NCBI GenBank assembly: GCA_040752695.1
Contig: JBFMGO010000103.1
Location: forward strand, 1 to 21,667
Direction: 5' to 3'
DNA length: 21,667 nucleotides
From: a bacterium
GTDB lineage: Bacteria; SZUA-182; DTGQ01
The notes below the pieces were generated by a model. The model was given only the letters and a program-made list of their open reading frames with translations, was not told the DNA's origin and ran no database searches. This document shows positions 7,914 to 15,198 of this stretch, one piece after another. The stretch's first letter is position 1, and each line of letters begins with the position of its first letter. The position numbers were made by a program, and so were the translations under genes.

Positions 7914-8624
7914 TTATGCTGCTTTGCGTTTCAGTACTGCTTTGGTAGTCATCTCAATCATCTTCCCGGAAATATTAGCAGTGCTGTTAGCCCTGGCCAT
8001 TCTCTCCAGGTGAGAAAGTGCCACGATCGTATCCCTGAAATTGCCCATGGTAGCTGCAAACAATTGCTCGGCTGCCCTATCATCTATGGTAAGACTGCAC
8101 AATTCCTGCCCCAGGATGATGATTTCATTGGCCTTCAGAGGCTGGTAAACTACCTGCTGACTGACCCGGCTCCAGAACTGATGATGCCTCATCAGCTTAA
8201 GCTGAATCTCGTCCATGCCTACCAGCACGACGGGAATATTGGTTTCGTCATGCAGATCCCGGAGCGTGTCCAGCAATTTTCGGTCCCTGACCAGATAGTC
8301 GGCTTCGTCGATAATGATGGTGCATTTAACCTGCTGAATAGCGTTCTGCAGATCTGTAAATTTGTCCTTGATTCTGGAAAGACTGAGAATGTTCAGTTCC
8401 TTGTTAATAGCTTCAAGCATCCAGGATGTAGACCAGGTAGCTTTCGCACGCAAATAAATGGCATTAGTCTGGCATACATACCACTGGACGCTCTTGGTTT
8501 TGCCCATGCCTGCCCCGCCATAAATGAGCCCCAGTCCGGGAACTCCCTCATCGCGGTTCACCAGAGCAGTCAGCGCCTCCTGAAGCCTGCGCACATTCTC
8601 AGTCTGTACAAACTTTGGTTTCAT
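7914..8624 (-). CDS. MuB-like AAA+ transposition ATPase
   Basis: Walker A GGAGMGKT, Walker B IIIDEAD, LRDLHDE, VVLVGM. Confidence 0.9.
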   Translation of the reverse strand: MKPKFVQTENVRRLQEALTALVNRDEGVPGLGLIYGGAGMGKTKSVQWYVCQTNAIYLRAKATWSTSWMLEAINKELNILSLSRIKDKFTDLQNAIQQVKCTIIIDEADYLVRDRKLLDTLRDLHDETNIPVVLVGMDEIQLKLMRHHQFWSRVSQQVVYQPLKANEIIILGQELCSLTIDDRAAEQLFAATMGNFRDTIVALSHLERMARANSTANISGKMIEMTTKAVLKRKAA

Positions 8625-9048
8625 CCGTCACCTCTGATTTTTTCGTCTTTATCAGCCTGATATCCTGGTTGTTTTCGATCAAGTGCTTTTTGAGCTCCTT
8701 GAACGAGGTCCAAAACGAGCTGTATCCAATGAATTTTTTATCAGGATCTGGCAAATGTTCTTCAGCCCATTTTTTACCGTATTTTTTTGCAGCCGTCCTT
8801 AAAGCTGACCGTATCTTCGGGCTATACACGAACTCTACACATTTGCGGCAAAAGCGCCTGCGCTCTTCACAATCATTTAAAATCCAACTGCCATTGAACC
8901 AGCCACCGACAGCGAATGTTATTTCATTACAGGATTCATTCACCTGCACCAAGACGAGTGTCAATTCATAGCCGTCACAAAGCAGATCCACCTGGCGGTT
9001 TATCCGCTTCAACCTTTTCTCGACATACTCCCAATCCTGCTTAGTCAT
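8599..9048 (-). CDS. Mu-like phage hypothetical protein
   Basis: 149-aa ORF overlapping both neighbours. The LLCDGYELTL...FWTSFKELKKHL pattern is recalled from transposable phages. Confidence 0.7.
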   Translation of the reverse strand: MTKQDWEYVEKRLKRINRQVDLLCDGYELTLVLVQVNESCNEITFAVGGWFNGSWILNDCEERRRFCRKCVEFVYSPKIRSALRTAAKKYGKKWAEEHLPDPDKKFIGYSSFWTSFKELKKHLIENNQDIRLIKTKKSEVTDETKVCTD

Positions 9049-9250
9049 GGCTCAATAGCTCATCTCCCTTTTGTTTACTTGCCATAATGGCTCCCTGCTG
9101 ACAGTTTTCTAACTCCGTCTGCACTCTTTCCAGTTTCGTCCGCACTTTTTCCAATTCCCGCTGGTCCTTAAGATTCCAATGAATTTCCCACCCTGCAAGG
9201 AACATGGAAAAAATAACCGCTACCACGATAGGGGCGCATCTCAGTTTCAT
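9041..9250 (-). CDS. small membrane-anchored coiled-coil protein
   Basis: Start ATG 9250 after AGGAGGTGA. Hydrophobic PIVVAVIFSMFLAGW followed by a coiled coil. Confidence 0.65.
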   Translation of the reverse strand: MKLRCAPIVVAVIFSMFLAGWEIHWNLKDQRELEKVRTKLERVQTELENCQQGAIMASKQKGDELLSHD

Positions 9251-9284
9251 TTCTATCACCTCCTTTATTTTGCATTTAACTACA

Positions 9285-9842
9285 TTATTTTGCATTTAAC
9301 TCCCTAAAACGTCTCACCCAGCGATAAACCGAAGCCGGGGGGGCTTGAACTTGCTGAACAATTTTTGATGTTTTGGTTCCGGCCAGAAACAATTCATATG
9401 CTTGCTTGAATTGCTCCAGGTTATTGCCATGAGCAGCCTGCTGTATTATGGTTACACTGCGGTTCCATTTGTAATAAGGCATGCCATTTTCACCGAAAAC
9501 AAGCTCTTTTGCCTGTTGGTTTGCCTGTTGGTTTGCCTGCTCTTTTGCCTGTTGGTTCGAGTTTGAGTCTGTGTTTGAACTTGAGTTTGGTTCCTGATTA
9601 TCATTTTTGGGGTAAATACCGGCCTTTTCGAGAATGCCGGCTATATAGGCTGCAGGATCGTTGGTTTTCTGTGCCAGCTCCACCCAGAGCTTTATCTGCT
9701 GCGTGTACCTGGGAAGCTGCTGTGGTTTACCGCCGATACTGGCGTCAGCATCTCCCCAGAGGGGGAGCTGTACTACTTTCGAACTATGACATGGGTTCTT
9801 CACCAGGTCTTGTTTATCTTTTGTGCTTTTTTCAGTGTTCAT
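9285..9842 (-). CDS. protein with a C-terminal helix-turn-helix
   Basis: AYELFLAGTKTSKIVQQVQAPPASVYRWVRRF; internal QQAN/QQAK repeats. Confidence 0.7.
   Translation of the reverse strand: MNTEKSTKDKQDLVKNPCHSSKVVQLPLWGDADASIGGKPQQLPRYTQQIKLWVELAQKTNDPAAYIAGILEKAGIYPKNDNQEPNSSSNTDSNSNQQAKEQANQQANQQAKELVFGENGMPYYKWNRSVTIIQQAAHGNNLEQFKQAYELFLAGTKTSKIVQQVQAPPASVYRWVRRFRELNAK
9781..9812 (-). repeat. 32-bp dispersed repeat, copy 5
   Basis: GAACTATGACATGGGTTCTTCACCAGGTCTTG; QDLVKNPCHSS. Confidence 0.95.
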
Positions 9843-9854
9843 GATCGGTTCCCT

Positions 9855-12716
9855 TTATTTCCCAGCGGCCGCTTTTTTTCTTTCATACATTCTGGCCAGA
9901 GAATCGTAGTAGTCCTTGCTGAGCCGGTAGAGATCCGTCTGCTCGTATTCAGACATGATAGCCCTGTCCTCGTCCGTGACCAATGCTTGACACCCCTCCA
10001 GAATGCGCTCATAACACCATTCATAACGCTCTCTGGACGTTCCGAAATAATCAGGTCTCCTGGATGAAGCGGCCCCGTTCACCTGGCCCTGGCCCTGGCT
10101 CTGGCCATGGTCCTGCCCCTGGCCCTGGTTGCTGGTGGCTACGCCATCGGTGCCTATAGCCTCTACGGCATCGATGATGCCCTTATAGCGGTCGAGCTCT
10201 ATCGTTTCGCTCTCCTGGCCGCGGGGCTGAACCGGCTTTTTCTGTCCGGCCTGCTTCAACCGCTCCTGCATCCGCCAGTCTTTGTCCTTCCCGTAGTCAT
10301 AGCCGTGGGCTTTGGCCAGGTCAGTGTTGACAGCAGCCTGAGCGGCTATCATCTGCTCGATGTGCCTGGTCTGGCGATGCTGGGCCTTTTTGATTTCGGC
10401 AGGAGTCATTCCGGCAGCGGCCGGATCGTTGGCTATACAGATAAACCGTGCCTCTGTTTTCCTGGCTATAGCGTGGATCTGCTCCGGCTGCCCTTCGGCG
10501 TTTTTAACAGAATCAGGTCCGGGGCTGTTCTTTGGCTCGAAAATGTAGATTTTAGAGGCATCCTGCAGGTCGATTCTGATTTCGAGCTTCTGACCCTCGT
10601 AATTTACCAGCTCAGGAGCGTAATAAAAGCAGTTGTTATACCGGATCGTCATCTTCCTGACCGTCGCAGGTTTGCAGGGCATGAGCAGCAGGTCGAGCTG
10701 GCGTTCGTCTATCCGTTTGGCTACCCATCCCGGCATGTAGAATACTTCACGCGGCCGCATTTTATTCAGCTCTGAGTGCGGGCTCTCCTCGTAGACATTC
10801 GTAATGTAATTGTCGATGAGCACCTGCAATTCTTCCGCTGTGTACTTCTCGATAATGACAGATGGCCGGTTGGCTACGCTGTTACCCGTATAGCCGGAAA
10901 TCTCGGCAAACAAGCCCCTGGTCAGGGTGCCGAAAAACCTCTCGACATGCGGCTTTCTCTCCGGCGCGTACTTTGGCAGCCTGGGCGCGGTTATCTCCAA
11001 TTCGTCGAGAATCTGATTGACCAGCGCAGATTGATAGTCGAGCCCGTTATCACGCAGCATCTCCTGCGGAATCCCCCAGGTCAGGAACCCGGCCCGCAAC
11101 GTCTGCGCAATGCCCCAGCCGCTGCTCTCTGGAAAAAGCCGCACAATGGCGCGACGAGAGCGAATATCGACCAGGCCGATGAGCTTCATGCGCTGACCGC
11201 CCTTGCAGATCACGTCCGCAGGAGAGGAATCGATCTCCCACCGCTCGTTCGGCCAGCAGATCCCTGCGGATGCATTTCCAATAGCCAGTTGATGCTGGCC
11301 TTTCCATTTGGAGCGGCCTTTCGAATGGCTGAGAATGTAATCGAGCGCACTCCTGTGCTTAACCTTGATCTGCTTCACGAAGCGGTATATCGTTGGATAC
11401 GATGGCAATTCACCGTCCGTGAAATAATCAGGTAGACTCTCCGGCCTCTGGAGCTGTAAGTAATGATAAATGGCCGTGGTACTCCGGAGCGGATTCTCGA
11501 AAAGCATGGCCGCTATTTCCCGTTGAGCCTGCTCCGTCAAAATCGGCTTGCGGCCCGGAACCTGCGGAACATACTGCACGGGTGGCCGGGAGGAACCCTG
11601 CCTTGCACCTGCCTGAGTGGCTCCTGCCTGTTGGATTCCTGTGCCAGCGGGACTCCCGGCTTGCCCGGACCCTGCTTGCCTGGACCCTGCCTGCCTGGCT
11701 CTCTGCATCTGCTGTGCCCTGGTTACTCCCGGAGATGCATTCCCGGCGCTTCCGATAATCCCGGAGTTTTCAGTATTTCCGGCACTCCTGGAGCTTCCGA
11801 AACTCTCTCTCTTGCAAAGTACTCCGGGCAGGAGGCCATCGACACCGGCGTCCCTATAGGCATTACGCCAGCGGTAGTAGGTGCCCAGAGACACCGTGCC
11901 TACGATTTCGAGGGTCTCCCGCCTGACCCAGAGGGGAGGTCGATCCTCCGGGCTTTCGGAGTTTGATCGATGAGCTCTGAAGGAAGGAAGGAGTGCATCG
12001 CCACCGTTACCATTACCATTATAATTTTTACTATTATTGCCACCCTCAAACCTGAAGAGTGATCCATCATTGAAGGCGGCTAAAAACTGCTTTATTAAAT
12101 CAACCTTTGAACTATGACATGGGTGCTTTACCCTGTCTTGGTTTATATTGGAATCAGCAGCAGCAGCTAACCGGCTCTCAATCATCCGGTCGATTGCTAC
12201 GATCACAGCCTCACGCTCACGCGCAATGCGCCAGGCTGCCTGGCTTCTGTCCTGCACTGAAGCTGAATCCGTAACGCGCTGCGAACTGGTCCCTGGATTG
12301 CCCAGGGCGATGATTTTTTGATTATTCGAACTATGACATGGGTTCTTTACCCTGTCTTGATTGGACACCCGCGTGGAGAGGTCAAATTTGACATGGTGTT
12401 TCTGATCGAGATCGATGACACTATTGGACACTTTTCCGTTAGGTGTGCTATTGGATGTTATATTGGATGTGCTCTTGGGTGTGCTATTAGACATATGACC
12501 GGTGACAGCCGATATCGCCAGATACCTGGCCAACAGGTCGGGGTGGCTGCCCAGATTGAACTGCAATATCTGGCCGCCGCACCCCTTACCCCGCCCGTCA
12601 ATCTTGCGGTACGGCAAGGTTGATTTAGCCCAGGTTAAGAAACTACCCCCTCTATGAGACCTATCAACCAACCCTGCTAATTGCTTTCCTGTCACCCATT
12701 GATCCATGATGCACAC
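9855..12716 (-). CDS. MuA-like DDE transposase (953 aa)
   Basis: Catalytic triad contexts WEIDSSPAD, LRDNGLDY and KPHVERFFGTL. HTH segments SLGTYYRW and PSYPTIYRF. The C-terminal region resembles the Mu transposase C domain. Confidence 0.92.
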   Translation of the reverse strand: MCIMDQWVTGKQLAGLVDRSHRGGSFLTWAKSTLPYRKIDGRGKGCGGQILQFNLGSHPDLLARYLAISAVTGHMSNSTPKSTSNITSNSTPNGKVSNSVIDLDQKHHVKFDLSTRVSNQDRVKNPCHSSNNQKIIALGNPGTSSQRVTDSASVQDRSQAAWRIAREREAVIVAIDRMIESRLAAAADSNINQDRVKHPCHSSKVDLIKQFLAAFNDGSLFRFEGGNNSKNYNGNGNGGDALLPSFRAHRSNSESPEDRPPLWVRRETLEIVGTVSLGTYYRWRNAYRDAGVDGLLPGVLCKRESFGSSRSAGNTENSGIIGSAGNASPGVTRAQQMQRARQAGSRQAGSGQAGSPAGTGIQQAGATQAGARQGSSRPPVQYVPQVPGRKPILTEQAQREIAAMLFENPLRSTTAIYHYLQLQRPESLPDYFTDGELPSYPTIYRFVKQIKVKHRSALDYILSHSKGRSKWKGQHQLAIGNASAGICWPNERWEIDSSPADVICKGGQRMKLIGLVDIRSRRAIVRLFPESSGWGIAQTLRAGFLTWGIPQEMLRDNGLDYQSALVNQILDELEITAPRLPKYAPERKPHVERFFGTLTRGLFAEISGYTGNSVANRPSVIIEKYTAEELQVLIDNYITNVYEESPHSELNKMRPREVFYMPGWVAKRIDERQLDLLLMPCKPATVRKMTIRYNNCFYYAPELVNYEGQKLEIRIDLQDASKIYIFEPKNSPGPDSVKNAEGQPEQIHAIARKTEARFICIANDPAAAGMTPAEIKKAQHRQTRHIEQMIAAQAAVNTDLAKAHGYDYGKDKDWRMQERLKQAGQKKPVQPRGQESETIELDRYKGIIDAVEAIGTDGVATSNQGQGQDHGQSQGQGQVNGAASSRRPDYFGTSRERYEWCYERILEGCQALVTDEDRAIMSEYEQTDLYRLSKDYYDSLARMYERKKAAAGK
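12109..12140 (-). repeat. 32-bp dispersed repeat, copy 6
   Basis: GAACTATGACATGGGTGCTTTACCCTGTCTTG; QDRVKHPCHSS. Confidence 0.95.
12328..12359 (-). repeat. 32-bp dispersed repeat, copy 7
   Basis: GAACTATGACATGGGTTCTTTACCCTGTCTTG; QDRVKNPCHSS. Confidence 0.95.
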
Positions 12717-12749
12717 CTGACCTGATCAGACCTGTCACCAGGTCAGCTT

Positions 12750-13118
12750 TTACAGCGATTCCAGTGATAGGTCTTCTTTGGCCTGCCTGATTGTCTGCAT
12801 TTTCTTCTGCAATGCTCGCTCTTCAGATACCAACCGGCTATTCAATTCCAGAATTGCCGATTTAATTGAGGGCAAAAACATGTTAATCAACTGTTGATCC
12901 TTGGAAAACTCGATCAGTTCAGGCAGCAAGGCAGCAGGAAAAGGAAGCTTGCCTTCAGCAAAATCATAAAGAGCTCGGATCGAATAATCGACTCCCTTTT
13001 GATGCAAAAAATCTTGAAAAGCCCGGATAGACAGGTCATGCTCCCTGTTTTTCCCCTTCTCAAAGACAAAAATGCGATACAAATGATCGCTGGCGAACTC
13101 TTTGTTCTTATTTTTCAT
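12750..13118 (-). CDS. putative phage regulatory protein (HTH-like plus coiled coil)
   Basis: Part of ORF 12750..13262. The likely start is ATG 13118 after GGAGAG. The SIRALYDFAEG segment is HTH-like. Confidence 0.55.
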   Translation of the reverse strand: MKNKNKEFASDHLYRIFVFEKGKNREHDLSIRAFQDFLHQKGVDYSIRALYDFAEGKLPFPAALLPELIEFSKDQQLINMFLPSIKSAILELNSRLVSEERALQKKMQTIRQAKEDLSLESL

Positions 13119-13296
13119 GTCTCTCCAATCTCCGTTTCTATCACCAAACCTATCCATAAACCCTTCCCTACACATGCAATATGGTCCCTCACACATTTGC
13201 ACTCCCCTTTCTCTCGTCTGGAGGTTCGATTGATTTGAGATAAAATCATAAGTATGATACATTGATAATAGTGATGGTACTGACGAGGATTAAAAA

Positions 13297-13494
13297 TCAC
13301 TTTTCCTCTTCAGGCCAAAGTTCATTCATTGGAATATTTAAATATTTTGCTATTTTTTCTTTGGTCGGGGCTTGCCTTCTGAGCCTGTTTATCGCCTGAG
13401 AGATGGCTGAAGGGTGTACTCCAATCGATTCAGCCAATTCGTCTTGACGAATTCCCCGCTTTAAAAGCAAAATTTTGATTTCTACGGATGTCAT
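13297..13494 (-). CDS. Ner/Cro-like HTH regulator
   Basis: EIKILLLKRGIRQDELAESIGVHPSAISQAI...KIAKYLNIPMNELWP. Confidence 0.85.
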   Translation of the reverse strand: MTSVEIKILLLKRGIRQDELAESIGVHPSAISQAINRLRRQAPTKEKIAKYLNIPMNELWPEEEK

Positions 13495-13566
13495 GGCACT
13501 CTTTTTATGGTTTAAAAGATAACGGTTGTTTTTAATCCCAAAAAGTCATAAAGGAGTAATAAATCT

Positions 13567-13752
13567 ATGGATAAAAAAGAACTTATTCTTACCACAGCTA
13601 AAGACCTTTTAATTGCGGCTTTTAACAACAAAGACATATGGCGTAATATCAGTCTAAATACCAAAACAGGAACAGATCAAATTAATAACCTTGGAGATTT
13701 ATTAGCTACTATGGCAACTAAAGTAAAATCAGTGTACGACAACATTGACTAA
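13567..13752 (+). CDS. small hypothetical protein (61 aa)
   Basis: AAGGAG at 13551-13556; open frame in AT-rich DNA. Confidence 0.6.
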   Translation: MDKKELILTTAKDLLIAAFNNKDIWRNISLNTKTGTDQINNLGDLLATMATKVKSVYDNID

Positions 13753-13922
13753 ATTCGCTCAATATCCACTTTGACATGACAACCTATTAGTATGATCTTT
13801 AATGCTGTTTCCATTATGTCAATAAATTGTAAGATATCTTGTTCGCTATAGTATTTTTTTGCAACTTCAACTATTTCAGCTATGGCTTTTTCTCTATCTA
13901 TAGTCTTTTCCTCTTGAGCCAT
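13749..13922 (-). CDS. small hypothetical protein (57 aa, not in the ORF track)
   Basis: AGGAGGTGA RBS at 13937-13929. Translation MAQEEKTIDREKAIAEIVEVAKKYYSEQDILQFIDIMETALKIILIGCHVKVDIERI. Confidence 0.65.
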   Translation of the reverse strand: MAQEEKTIDREKAIAEIVEVAKKYYSEQDILQFIDIMETALKIILIGCHVKVDIERI

Positions 13923-14047
13923 TGAATATCACCTCCTATCTTTTTTAAATTAGAGCGAGCATTAACCAACAATCAGCCGATATAGTAAATGGAGAAATAT
14001 AACCGCAGAAAAACTTTCAATTTATGCTTACTCTATTTTTTAATGTC

Positions 14048-14069
14048 ATTGATAATATCAATTATCAAT
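14048..14069. promoter_or_regulatory. palindromic operator candidate
   Basis: ATTGATAAT-ATCA-ATTATCAAT, a perfect 9-4-9 IR just downstream of the early promoter. Confidence 0.55.
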
Positions 14070-14075
14070 ACTAAC

Positions 14076-14104
14076 AGTATAATTAAATGAATAATTAATG
14101 TCAA
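14076..14104 (-). promoter_or_regulatory. early (Pe-like) sigma70 promoter
   Basis: TTGACA (14104-14099), 17 bp, TATACT (14081-14076). Confidence 0.75.
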
Positions 14105-14120
14105 GAAAAACGTTAAATAA

Positions 14121-14555
14121 ATGATTAACAAACTAGGTGAACGACTAAAAAAAATAAGATCTGAACGAAAAACCTCACAACGAGAATTTGCCAAAAAATT
14201 AGGGATAAGTTATGTTACATTATGTAATTATGAAACAGAAAAAAGAGAACTTCCTCTTTCTATATTCCATGATATTATTCAAATGTTTAACATATCACCA
14301 CAATGGCTTTTAACAGGTGAGGGCAACATGCTCCAGGAAGGAGCAAAAAAACAGACCAGTCCATTTCCTATTGAAGATTTACCCAAGGAACAAATCAAGC
14401 AATGGCTAGATGATTTTTGGATTCACGCCAGTCCAGATGAACGAACCTGGATAAGAATTGAAATGAAAAAAAAATTCCCCGAGTTTGCGGAATGGTTAAA
14501 AAAAATCGGGGAAGATGGGACAGAGAACGAGCGTTGCGTGGAGAAATTAGCCTAA
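14121..14555 (+). CDS. XRE/CI-like prophage repressor
   Basis: LGERLKKIRSERKTSQREFAKKLGISYVTLCNYETEKRE...ISPQWLLTGEG; divergent from the early operon; no S24 peptidase domain. Confidence 0.9.
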   Translation: MINKLGERLKKIRSERKTSQREFAKKLGISYVTLCNYETEKRELPLSIFHDIIQMFNISPQWLLTGEGNMLQEGAKKQTSPFPIEDLPKEQIKQWLDDFWIHASPDERTWIRIEMKKKFPEFAEWLKKIGEDGTENERCVEKLA

Positions 14556-14764
14556 TGATTAAAAAATTAGAAATAAACAGCAATACTTTATATTAAAATA
14601 CCTATCTAATTTCTAAACTTTTAAAATTTACAAAAAATTCAACCTCTAAAACCTTCCTGTAACTATTTACTACTATTCCACACATTTTCTACACATATAA
14701 TATCTATCTCTTAAACTGTTATATTCTATATAACAGCGTTATATTATTTTTACTACCTATCCAT

Positions 14765-15184
14765 TTTAAAGTGCTCCCACATCAGTCAAAGTGCGCCTAA
14801 CAATTTAAAGTGCGCCCAAACTTTTTCTATTAAATATCAAACAATTAACACAGGAGCACTTTAAATTAGGTGAGAAAAATTCAAATTTATCAACTCTTAA
14901 ACATTTCAAGCGGTTAACCGAGATACACTTTAAATTCTGCCAAGATCCTCTTTAGGTGAGAAAAAATAAGCCAGTTTTGTCAATTCTCTTTAATCTCATT
15001 CACTTAACCAGACTCCGTAACAGGGTCACAGCGGTTAAAATTTCTATTCTCACCTATAGTTTCGCTTGTCGTATCAACTAGTTAACCAAAAATTTATCAA
15101 AATACAGACTCGAAATTCCAAAGGAAAATTACGCCAAATTCCTATCAAATCAATCAATTCCACTTATCAGTTCTCTCTCTTATA
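14765..15184. promoter_or_regulatory. element end region with candidate transposase-binding repeats
   Basis: AAAGTGCKCCYA at 14768, 14788 and 14807. Inverted CACTTTAAA at 14857 and 14926. TTAGGTGAGAAAAA at 14866 and 14952, inverted at 15047-15056. Confidence 0.65.
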
Positions 15185-15198
15185 GTGTATCTGGTATT

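Larger units (their letters stand above)
4967..11658. repeat. dispersed 17-bp motif TGCCAGCGKGGCTCCCG, about 10 copies (coordinates give the span)
   Basis: Copies at 4967, 5287, 5346, 5488, 5555, 5576, 7149, 7252 and 11642, plus one inverted copy at 7620-7636. Confidence 0.85.
1..15184 (-). mobile_element. Mu-like transposable prophage/element (repressor-proximal end near 15184; the other end is not identified and may lie left of the window)
   Basis: Gene order: repressor divergent from ner-like, MuA-like, MuB-like, gam, gemA. There is an AT-rich region with repeated motifs at 14765-15056, then an abrupt junction with a 5'-truncated WD40 gene. The left boundary is uncertain. Confidence 0.8.

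Noticed and set aside
4297..12359. 32-bp repeat as a CRISPR array
   Set aside because: Length and hairpin are CRISPR-like, but start-to-start spacing is 219-2328 bp, the copies lie inside ORFs, and no cas gene or leader is present in the window.
10107..12623. Long + strand ORFs opposite the transposase (and similar shadow ORFs elsewhere, including those starting MNYDMGS or MTWVL)
   Set aside because: They are antisense shadows of well-supported genes; their shared N-termini simply reflect the 32-bp repeat.
7914..12716. Tn7-like/CAST TnsB-TnsC module
   Set aside because: No TniQ/TnsD, TnsA or Cas genes; gam, gemA, ner and the repressor indicate a Mu-like element.
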